Source: Gammaproteobacteria bacterium
GTDB taxonomy: Bacteria; Pseudomonadota; Gammaproteobacteria; DSM-16500
Direction of reading: 5' to 3'
Length of the DNA: 64,000 nt
Assembly: GCA_033762075.1 (NCBI GenBank)
Contig: JANRLY010000040.1
Span: 17,372-81,371, forward strand
The notes below the pieces were generated by a model that did not search any database, was not told the DNA's origin, and was given only the letters and a program-made list of their open reading frames with translations. The position numbers and the translations under genes are program-made. Shown here piece after piece: positions 52,482 through 61,080 of the stretch (the stretch's first letter is position 1; every line of letters begins with the position of its first letter).

Positions 52482-55400
52482 GTCTTTCTTCTAATGCGCG
52501 GAAAGCCATAGCATATTGTTGTAATTGTTTTTCATATTTTTTTCTTTCATACGGGATAAATTTTTCGAGTGATTCCGTCGCAATCGACGTTTTAAAATCA
52601 ATAATCCAACGCACACCTTTTTCATCGATAAAAGTTCTATCCACAATGCATTGCATCGGTTGCTGATCGATGAAGGTGCTTAAGCGATATTCTGATTGGG
52701 CACATTGATGCGGAGAAATAATCCAGCGCCCAATTTTATCATTTAATATATTTTGAATGGCGATAAAAATTTTCTTAATCATTTCTTTCCTCTGAAGCGA
52801 AGAAATACCTAAATGAATAAAAGAATTTTCTAACCATTGGTGCTTGATGGTGTCAGCTTGTTGAGTCCACCAATCTGTGCCTTGTTGACATAATTGTTGA
52901 ATGATTTGATGTGTGAGAGTCCCTAGGTGCCGGGCAGTCATATCTGGCAACATAAAACCCGTGTTGGATTGATGAAAAGCCGCTTCTTGATTGTTATACA
53001 CGGCAGTGACAGGATTTTTCCATTCAATTGATAATCTTTGTAAGGGATGCTTTTCAGTTTCAGAAGAAATATTGATCTCTTCATTGTGAATCGGTGTCTG
53101 AAACACAGCTGAATGATTGATTGCGGGCCAGAGTTTACTGAGTAAGCTACCATTGGCAACTTTGCCTTCCGAGGGTTGATCAAATAAAACAATGAGATTT
53201 TTTTTGGCGCGCGTCACTGCTACATAAAGCAAGCGAGATTTTTCATGCTCACTGCGGCACTCATTTTGTTTGCGAATATACTCATAAACTGAATCAGGCT
53301 CAGCGTCACTCGCTTGAATCGGTGCCATCATAAATGCGCTTTCTTTGTCGAGTGTTGTGCGTTCCATCCAAGCAAGTAATTCTCGGTCATTGCGTGTAGT
53401 TTGTTTTTCTAAATGCGGCAGAATAACAGTATCGAATTCTAATCCTTTTGAATTATGGATTGTCATAATTTGCAAACGTTCATCTGCGTCTGTGTGTGGT
53501 GCAGCATAGAGGGTTGTCATCCACTGCTCGAGAAGGTCTGCATTAATTCGCTGAGTAGAAAGTAATTTTTTCCGTAAAAAGTGAAAATAGGTTTTGCTAT
53601 CCTGCAAATCATTGTACGCTGCAACACATGCGGGTCCACCTAATAGGTGCCAAGTATTTTCAACAAGATCAGCAAGCGGTGCACGATCGCGTAATGAAAG
53701 TGCGTGAGATAAAATTGGCATCACACGTTGTACACGTTTTTTTGCATCAAGACTCAGTGTAGAAACAACGCTATCAGATTGTAATGGCTGCCAAAGCGGT
53801 GCGCGCGCATTTTTGGCTGCAATTTTTAATAAATCTGCAAGTAACAGTCCGCACCAGGGTGCACGTAAAATAGCGAGCCACGCAATACGATCGGCTGGGT
53901 CCAAGATTGCGCGTGTGAGCGCAAGTAAATCTTGAATTACGGGCCGTTCACTTAATGGATCAATATCAATTGCTCGATAAGACAATCCCGCTTGACGTAA
54001 AGCAGGGATAATGTCATTAAGATGCGTGCGTGAACGCACTAAAATGGCAATGATTTCCTCAGGATTTTTCTCGCGATATTCGCGAATGATTTCAACAATT
54101 CTTTGACCCTGCCAAGCATTTTTCTCAGGCTGCTCTGAAATTAATGTGACTGCAGAATTTGTTGTTGCTGTTTGATTGGCAGCATAACTAGGGCTGTAAG
54201 AAATTGCAGCATTGGCGATCTGATCTTCAGTGGGAAAAATAGTAGGGAAGTGTGCATTCACCCAATCAATAATAGGTAGTGTTGATCTAAAGTTGACGGC
54301 CAATACTAAGGATTCTAATTTAAGGTGGCCAATTCCTTGTTGTTTCGCGCGAATAAACAATCCTACTTCAGCTTCGCGAAATAAATAAATAGACTGCATA
54401 GGGTCGCCGACTAAAAAAAGCGTTCGACCATCATTTTTTTCCCAACCGGTGATTAATTTTTCGAGCAAACGAAATTGACTGTTTGAGGTATCTTGAAATT
54501 CATCAACTAATAGATGTTTAATTTGGTGGTCTAATGCTAATGTTAAATCAGTGGGTGCATCTTCAGTGCCTAATGCATTCAGAGCAGCCAACGCATTTTC
54601 AGTATAATCCATTTTACCTTGTTCAGAAAATGTCATTTTAAGTTGTGCGACAGTGATTCTGAGAATTTTATGCAATGCCGAAAGTAATTCCCATTGTTGA
54701 TCTGAATATGTCGGTTCAGGCGCTTGTCTGAGTTCAATTAAAGCGTGAAAAAAATTGTCGTAGCGAGAGATATCATCCATCCATGCAAGCATGCGTTGTT
54801 TCATCTCAGCATGAGTTTTATCTGCAGGAAATCCCGTATTCTTATCGAATCGTTTTCGCCAACTATCACTCATGGTTAAGACTAACTCAGCGATAGCAAG
54901 CCAAATTGTTTTATCTGCTAATTGCGTGCCGGGAAGCGTCGTTAGTGTGGCGCACCGTGTGATCGGAGAACTGGATTGCATCAATGACAATTGCTCAGCT
55001 GCAAATCGTGCCAATGTGATAAATTCTTCGGAAAGATCTTTAGGAAAAGAATGATGCAGTTTGTTCAACACATCTAAGTTGATTTCTTTAAGCTGTTGCT
55101 CGCAGTGTTGTCTGAGATGGGGATTGTTTGCGTTTCGAATTAAATCGGGTAGCCATTGATCACGTCGAGCTAACAAACTTTTTAATAATGAAGTGACTTT
55201 TTCAAGATCGTTGTCGCGATGTATTAATAAAGTGGCAATAGCATCTGACCAAGCTAAATCTTCTTCGAGATGCGATAGCATTTCACACACTGCGGCATGG
55301 TAAAGCGTGTCTGCTTCATCAGTGAGTTCAGGGGATGCGCCAAATTGCGAGAGAATGGGTAGTTGACGTGTCAAACTATTATTGAAAGCATCGATTGTTT

Positions 55401-55752
55401 GAATGCGTAAGCGATTCGGGTTGGCGAGTAATTGCCAATGATATTTATCATCTTGTGCTAGCACGCGACGTGCTAAATCCCATGTGGTTTGCGCATGCGA
55501 TAACTCAGGTTTAGGAAAATCGCGAGCTTGTTTTAATGCATTAATGATGCGTGCGCGCATTTCTGCTGCTGCTTTGCGTGTGAAGGTCATTGCTAAAATT
55601 TCTTCGGGTTGCTTCACAATTCCTAGTAATAACAAAAATCGTTGCGTGAGTAATTCAGTTTTGCCTGACCCTGCTGGGGCTTGCACAATGAAAGATCCTC
55701 TGGGATCTAATGCGCGTGCGCGTTGATTGGCGTCATTTAAATGTGTGCTCAT
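52420..55752 (-). CDS. addA: AddA-like UvrD-family helicase-nuclease (double-strand break repair)
   Basis: It has the Walker A segment APAGSGKTELLTQR, UvrD helicase motifs, and a C-terminal PD-(D/E)xK nuclease motif WIIDFKTS. It is translationally coupled to the AddB-like gene. Confidence 0.7.
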   Translation of the reverse strand: MSTHLNDANQRARALDPRGSFIVQAPAGSGKTELLTQRFLLLLGIVKQPEEILAMTFTRKAAAEMRARIINALKQARDFPKPELSHAQTTWDLARRVLAQDDKYHWQLLANPNRLRIQTIDAFNNSLTRQLPILSQFGASPELTDEADTLYHAAVCEMLSHLEEDLAWSDAIATLLIHRDNDLEKVTSLLKSLLARRDQWLPDLIRNANNPHLRQHCEQQLKEINLDVLNKLHHSFPKDLSEEFITLARFAAEQLSLMQSSSPITRCATLTTLPGTQLADKTIWLAIAELVLTMSDSWRKRFDKNTGFPADKTHAEMKQRMLAWMDDISRYDNFFHALIELRQAPEPTYSDQQWELLSALHKILRITVAQLKMTFSEQGKMDYTENALAALNALGTEDAPTDLTLALDHQIKHLLVDEFQDTSNSQFRLLEKLITGWEKNDGRTLFLVGDPMQSIYLFREAEVGLFIRAKQQGIGHLKLESLVLAVNFRSTLPIIDWVNAHFPTIFPTEDQIANAAISYSPSYAANQTATTNSAVTLISEQPEKNAWQGQRIVEIIREYREKNPEEIIAILVRSRTHLNDIIPALRQAGLSYRAIDIDPLSERPVIQDLLALTRAILDPADRIAWLAILRAPWCGLLLADLLKIAAKNARAPLWQPLQSDSVVSTLSLDAKKRVQRVMPILSHALSLRDRAPLADLVENTWHLLGGPACVAAYNDLQDSKTYFHFLRKKLLSTQRINADLLEQWMTTLYAAPHTDADERLQIMTIHNSKGLEFDTVILPHLEKQTTRNDRELLAWMERTTLDKESAFMMAPIQASDAEPDSVYEYIRKQNECRSEHEKSRLLYVAVTRAKKNLIVLFDQPSEGKVANGSLLSKLWPAINHSAVFQTPIHNEEINISSETEKHPLQRLSIEWKNPVTAVYNNQEAAFHQSNTGFMLPDMTARHLGTLTHQIIQQLCQQGTDWWTQQADTIKHQWLENSFIHLGISSLQRKEMIKKIFIAIQNILNDKIGRWIISPHQCAQSEYRLSTFIDQQPMQCIVDRTFIDEKGVRWIIDFKTSIATESLEKFIPYERKKYEKQLQQYAMAFRALEERPIHCGLYFPMVPAWETWVAV

Positions 55753-58397
55753 GTTACTCTCTCATGAATTCTGCAGAGCGATTGCAATTGACAAGTTTGG
55801 CATGTTTGCTGTCCGTATTTGGGATTGATACTCGCTATCCCCGTATAAAATTGATCAGCTAATTGTGTGAGCGTTTGTTGCCAAAAAGCGATTTGATTTT
55901 CCCAGGTGACAGTACCTTTCGTGATGGCATTTAGTGATTGAATGCCGGTAATCATAAAATCTTCTTTGCTGATACCGGTATAGCCAATCATCTCAGCATT
56001 TAATTTTGCAAAGGCAATCGCAGCAATGCGTGTGTCGCCACTGATTGCATATAAAGGTAATTGTGGCTCGTCAGGTCGCTCACCTAGCCAATTTTGCAGG
56101 CTATGATTTTTTCCAGTTTTATAATCAATGATCATCTGGGCTTGATCTTCAATTTCATCGATCCGATCGATGCGTAATTTGACGGGTATATTTCCTATCG
56201 TAGTTTGTAATTCTTTTTCGTAAGCTACAACTCGAAATGAAGGTCTATTTTTTTCGATTACAATATAACGATGCATTAAGTGGCTCAAACGTTGACATTC
56301 GAGTTGTAAATAACGCTCATGATTGACATCACGCTCAGTACAGAACAATATTGCTTTTTGAGTGCACTCTTTAATGAATTGATTCAAGTGTTCTTCACTT
56401 AAGCTCAATAACGTTTGAGAGTCTTGAATTTTTTGCCAAAAATATTCGAGTGCTTTATGTAAAATATTACCGCGATCCATCGCGCGTAATCCAATGCTAG
56501 GCATACTGACAGGCATTACATTGAGACGAATTTCAGCGAAGGCGCGAAAAGGACAAGCAGCTTGTTGTTTGAAAATGCGTGTACCGCCATGAATGGTTTC
56601 ATCTGATGTGATAGGTGGTGCCATTTCATCATCGATACATTCGATGGCTTGGGATTGAAAAATCATCGCATCTGTATCAACCTTATTCTGTAGCTGAAGT
56701 TCAGAGATTGAAAGAGAGGGAAGTGCCTCTAAAAAAACAGCGGGTCGTAGTATTTCATCTTCACGCTGTGTAGCGTGGCTAAAAATAACATGTTTCCCTG
56801 AATGTTTCAGTTGCATAAAAAGCTGCTGACAATATTCTAATTCACGTTCGGCAGAGGCGTGCGGCATTTTATATTTTTTTTGTATTTTAATAGGAATGAA
56901 TGGATTAGGGCGTGGCGGGAAAGGCCATTGTGTGTCATCTAGGCCCATCACCCAAAGATGCGTAAACGGTAAGCCTGCAGCTTCAAAAATGCCTGAAATT
57001 TGAATAGGTGCGTCAGGTGTTTTCGGTTGGAAAATTGCTTTTTCTGCCAAGTGCGTGAGATATTTTAAGGCTTCGTTTTGTGTAACCGCATCCAATATGC
57101 AATCGAACGTGGTCAACTCTGTGAGTAATTCTAACCAACGTTGTGTGATTTGATATTCTTCGCTGTTTAAACTTCGCTCCCCAGGCCAGCCCCATGTTTG
57201 TAATTGCTCTGCAAAAAAATGTGCCCAATCATGAAATGACATCGTGCGTTGCTGGGGTAATATGCATTGAACCACATTTTGTAATGTTTGAAATAATTTA
57301 GGGCAGGTTTTTTGTAAATCATATTTTCGATGCGATTGAGATAATTTCTCTAAGGAGATAGAAGAAATATTTGCATCACGTAGAGACATTGAAAACGCAG
57401 CACGGGATAATTTTTCTCGTTCGGCGCTGGCTAAAAAAGGGGAGAAGAGTAATGTTTGTAATAGCTCAGCGGAAAGACTATTGCTCTGAAAACGTAATAA
57501 TTGTAATGCGACACGAATGAGCGGTAATGTCGCAAGTGATCTTCCGGCAGAAATATTAAATGGTAAATGGATATGATCCATCGTGGTTGTGCCGGGCTCG
57601 CTAAAAGTTTCCCGAAAAATGCGTAAGACCATTTCACGGGAATGCTCAAGCGTTGGGATTACGCAGCCGATGAAGCTATTTTGTTTTTTTTCTTTTTCGT
57701 AAATGGATTTTGCCCAGGCAGCCATGGTGCGAATTTCAGATTCATCATCTTGGCAACGGAGTTGATAGGTAGAGACATTCGTTTGATGCGCATCTTGTAA
57801 AACCACGTTACATTTTTGTTGGATTAAATCAAATAAAAATTGCTGCTGCGGTGAAATCTCAGTAAAACCATACAGAATGATTTTATCTGGCAATGGAATC
57901 AATTGTTGCTGAATTTTTTCTGCGAGTTGATCAGGGAGGCTCGCTGCGTCTATCCAATGATTTTCAGTTAATTGTTGTTGAAAAGTAAATGCCCATCGTT
58001 GAAATGCTTGGCAATCCTCTGTGACATTCAAGGTGTCATTTTGATAATCAATGCGCCATGATTTTAACAATCCCCATGCTTTACGTGCAGTATCTGCTGT
58101 CTGAGCAATTTGAAGCAATTGTTCTCCCTCGTGGGATTGGGCTAACACTTTTTTCCAGAGTGCAGTTTCTTGTTGTGAAGATAATAAAATCGGATGATGC
58201 GCGATTGATCGTAGGGTAAATTCATCCCATAAACGTCGTAACCAGCTTTGGATCGGTAAAATATCTGGGGTTTCCCAAGTGAATTGATTTTTTTTAGAGT
58301 GCTGATTATGATCGTGTTTGATCAATATCGCAGATAAACGACGATTCGGCGTGAGTACAGTAGTTTTAGGAGGTAGGTTGTCAATAAAATGGGGCAC
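55749..58397 (-). CDS. addB: AddB-like PD-(D/E)xK nuclease with a C-terminal Cys cluster
   Basis: It has the C-terminal nuclease motif IIDYKTGK and terminal cysteines CQTCQLQSLC consistent with the AddB Fe-S staple. There is no Walker A motif. Confidence 0.65.
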   Translation of the reverse strand: MPHFIDNLPPKTTVLTPNRRLSAILIKHDHNQHSKKNQFTWETPDILPIQSWLRRLWDEFTLRSIAHHPILLSSQQETALWKKVLAQSHEGEQLLQIAQTADTARKAWGLLKSWRIDYQNDTLNVTEDCQAFQRWAFTFQQQLTENHWIDAASLPDQLAEKIQQQLIPLPDKIILYGFTEISPQQQFLFDLIQQKCNVVLQDAHQTNVSTYQLRCQDDESEIRTMAAWAKSIYEKEKKQNSFIGCVIPTLEHSREMVLRIFRETFSEPGTTTMDHIHLPFNISAGRSLATLPLIRVALQLLRFQSNSLSAELLQTLLFSPFLASAEREKLSRAAFSMSLRDANISSISLEKLSQSHRKYDLQKTCPKLFQTLQNVVQCILPQQRTMSFHDWAHFFAEQLQTWGWPGERSLNSEEYQITQRWLELLTELTTFDCILDAVTQNEALKYLTHLAEKAIFQPKTPDAPIQISGIFEAAGLPFTHLWVMGLDDTQWPFPPRPNPFIPIKIQKKYKMPHASAERELEYCQQLFMQLKHSGKHVIFSHATQREDEILRPAVFLEALPSLSISELQLQNKVDTDAMIFQSQAIECIDDEMAPPITSDETIHGGTRIFKQQAACPFRAFAEIRLNVMPVSMPSIGLRAMDRGNILHKALEYFWQKIQDSQTLLSLSEEHLNQFIKECTQKAILFCTERDVNHERYLQLECQRLSHLMHRYIVIEKNRPSFRVVAYEKELQTTIGNIPVKLRIDRIDEIEDQAQMIIDYKTGKNHSLQNWLGERPDEPQLPLYAISGDTRIAAIAFAKLNAEMIGYTGISKEDFMITGIQSLNAITKGTVTWENQIAFWQQTLTQLADQFYTGIASINPKYGQQTCQTCQLQSLCRIHERVT

Positions 58398-58406
58398 GCT
58401 TTTTCT

Positions 58407-59759
58407 CTACAATTCAGATGGAAATGTAATGTTAAAAATAAGTCCTGAGTGTGTTTCGGGTGCTTCCAGTGTGATGGTGGCATGATGTAGTGTAGCGATT
58501 TGACGTACGATGGCAAGACCTAATCCACTGCCTTGAGACTCTGAGCCTAAGATTCTGTAAAATCGACTGAATACACTATGACGAAGTTCTTCCGGAATCC
58601 CTGGTCCTGTATCAGTAACTTGCAAAACGATATTATCTGCTTGATTGAAAATGGCAATTTCTATGATGCCACCGCGAGGGGTATAGCGTATCGCATTATC
58701 AACAATGTTTCTGACTAAGATGCTTAGCGAAATTTCATTGCCTAAGATAGTAGTATGTCGAGGGGAATTTGACATCGTGATGGTGATATTTTTTTCGAGT
58801 GCAGCAGGCACCAGTAAGGCAACAATTTCTGTCACAATCTGCTGTAAGTCAATACGGTGTATATCATTGAGCTGTTCTTCGTGATCCAATCGGCTTAAAG
58901 TTAATAATTGTGTGACAGTGTGTGAGCTACGATCGACGCCTTGAATAACCTTTTCTAAAGCAAGTTGTTTGGCTACAGGATCTGTTTCACGCATCGCAAC
59001 TTGCGCTTGCGCTTTGATTGCTGCGAGTGGTGTTCGTAATTCATGTGCAGCATCACCAGCAAAACGCTTATCTCTTTCAAAGGCATGTTTTAAGCGTAAA
59101 AATAATCGATTTAATTCATTGACCAGAGGTTGAATTTCCACGGGAACATTTTTTGCTATTAGTGGCTCAAGATTCGTTGAGGCGCGATTAGAGATTTCAT
59201 TCGCGACATGGGTCACTGAGCGTAATGCAAGCGTGATAATTAACCAAATTAAAATTCCAAACAAAGGATAAGTAAATACTAAGATGTAAATATTATTGCG
59301 CGCAATATTATCCACTAATTGATCGCGAATATTGTAACGTTCGGCTACTATGATTTTGTCGCCGGTGACCGGGTCATAATTAGCAAAAGTGCGCCATAAT
59401 GTTTTGTCAATATAAGTGTCACTAAAACCATTTTTTATATTTTTTATTTGTTTTCCTGCAAGTGAATTTGCGTAAAATAATAAAGTTCCTGTTGATGAAT
59501 ATACTTGAAAAAATATATTGCTTTGTTCATTGTTTTCGAATTCGAATGAAGTGCGAATTTCGGTTTGCGCAGCAGAGTTATTTTTTGCAAGGCGTGTAAT
59601 AATTCTAATGAATGAAAAATTTTTGATTAAGTGTTCATCCATGTGAGGTTGAAGAATTCTTTGATCTAATAAAAAATTACCAACAGCCGTGATCGAAGAA
59701 GCAATCGTAATGCTAACCAACAAGCTCACTAATAAAAACTGGCGGATGGAATGTATCAT
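58407..59759 (-). CDS. Sensor histidine kinase (QseC/PmrB-like)
   Basis: It has two TM segments, the H-box AAHELRTPLAAI, and the N/G boxes DNAIRYTP and DTGPGIP...GLGLAIV. Confidence 0.85.
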   Translation of the reverse strand: MIHSIRQFLLVSLLVSITIASSITAVGNFLLDQRILQPHMDEHLIKNFSFIRIITRLAKNNSAAQTEIRTSFEFENNEQSNIFFQVYSSTGTLLFYANSLAGKQIKNIKNGFSDTYIDKTLWRTFANYDPVTGDKIIVAERYNIRDQLVDNIARNNIYILVFTYPLFGILIWLIITLALRSVTHVANEISNRASTNLEPLIAKNVPVEIQPLVNELNRLFLRLKHAFERDKRFAGDAAHELRTPLAAIKAQAQVAMRETDPVAKQLALEKVIQGVDRSSHTVTQLLTLSRLDHEEQLNDIHRIDLQQIVTEIVALLVPAALEKNITITMSNSPRHTTILGNEISLSILVRNIVDNAIRYTPRGGIIEIAIFNQADNIVLQVTDTGPGIPEELRHSVFSRFYRILGSESQGSGLGLAIVRQIATLHHATITLEAPETHSGLIFNITFPSEL

Positions 59760-60427
59760 TTTTTATCTTTGCTCTTGTCAATGATATAACCAATACCGCG
59801 AATAGTATGAATGACATCTGGCCCTAATTTTTTGCGTAAGTTATGGATATGCACTTCCAGGGCATTACTGTCGACGTCTTCACCCCAGCCGTACAAGGAT
59901 TGTGTTAAATTTTCACGTGAAAGTACGCGCCCTGCATTTTCGAGTAATTTATGTAAGAGGGAAAATTCTCGGCGTGAAATACTGATGGATTCGCCATTAA
60001 TTGTCACGGTATGTGCGGCGGGATCAAGAGTAATATTATCGTGAGCTAAGATTGGTTCGGCCCGTGCCGAAAATCTTCGCTGGAGGGCGCGCAGACGTGC
60101 ACATAATTCATCGATATCGACGGGTTTAGTCAGATAGTCATCGGCGCCATTATCGAGACCTTTCACCCGATCTTCAATGGATTCACGTGCAGTCAAAATG
60201 AGTACAGGCATGGTGAGTCCTAGTGCCCGCAAATTTTGTAAAACGGTCAGTCCTTCCATGCGTGGGAGACCTAAGTCGAGTACGACAATGTCAAAAATCT
60301 CTGTTTTGAGAGCTTGATTAGCAGAAGCACCGTCTTTGAGCCAGTCAACAGTATATCGGGCTTGAACTAAGCCTTTTCTTAGACCATCACCTAAGAGTTC
60401 ATCATCTTCTACTAATAGCACTCGCAT
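59756..60427 (-). CDS. OmpR-family response regulator (QseB/PmrA-like)
   Basis: It begins MRVLLVEDDELLGDGL, has the phospho-acceptor region DIVVLDLGLP and a winged-helix C-terminus IHTIRGIGYII. The start is taken at the MRVLLV methionine. Confidence 0.85.
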   Translation of the reverse strand: MRVLLVEDDELLGDGLRKGLVQARYTVDWLKDGASANQALKTEIFDIVVLDLGLPRMEGLTVLQNLRALGLTMPVLILTARESIEDRVKGLDNGADDYLTKPVDIDELCARLRALQRRFSARAEPILAHDNITLDPAAHTVTINGESISISRREFSLLHKLLENAGRVLSRENLTQSLYGWGEDVDSNALEVHIHNLRKKLGPDVIHTIRGIGYIIDKSKDKK

Positions 60428-60711
60428 AAAAGAATCCTTTTTGATTGAGTGACAAGGGCTCAAACGATTAATGATTTCATTAAGTATAGCAAATTTATAA
60501 AGAAAACCACGCAGAAATGACGGAGCAGCTTTAGTGCACAACAATGATTTAGAATTGTAATTTTTCGCGTGACTTAGGGTTTACCCTGATATTTGAATGG
60601 GATCGCTATTGTAGATGAAATTCCTTCGTTGATTTTTGTTTTCGATACGCATATATTTGCTGCTGGTTAAAATTTGGCAATTCTTCACTGTGTATTTAAA
60701 GGATTATTTGA

Positions 60712-61080
60712 ATGGCATTGACAAAAAAGGACTCTAAAAAGAAAAGTAGGCTTCAGCCTTTAAAGAAACAACCGGTTATAAAGCCAATCAAAATAAAAAG
60801 TATATCTGATGATTTTCCTATCGTAGGAATAGGTGCCTCTGCTGGAGGGCTTGAAGCCATTCAGGAATTTTTTACACATGTTCCGAAAAAGAGTGGCATG
60901 GCTTACATTGTTGTGACGCATCTTGATCCTAATCATACTAGTATGATGCCGGAATTAATAAAAAGTCATACTGAGGCACATGTTGTCACAATTGTAGATG
61001 ACATGGAAGTTTTACCAGATACAATTTATATCATCCCTCCACGAAAAAATCTTTTAATTAGAAATGGCTTTTATGCTTAG
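60712..61080 (+). CDS. CheB-type methylesterase domain, N-terminal part (split gene or frameshift)
   Basis: FPIVGIGASAGGLEAIQEFF...YIVVTHLDPNH...IYIIPP is the first half of the CheB catalytic domain found in CheB-CheR fusion proteins. It ends in TAG, overlapping the next ORF's GTG. Confidence 0.6.
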   Translation: MALTKKDSKKKSRLQPLKKQPVIKPIKIKSISDDFPIVGIGASAGGLEAIQEFFTHVPKKSGMAYIVVTHLDPNHTSMMPELIKSHTEAHVVTIVDDMEVLPDTIYIIPPRKNLLIRNGFYA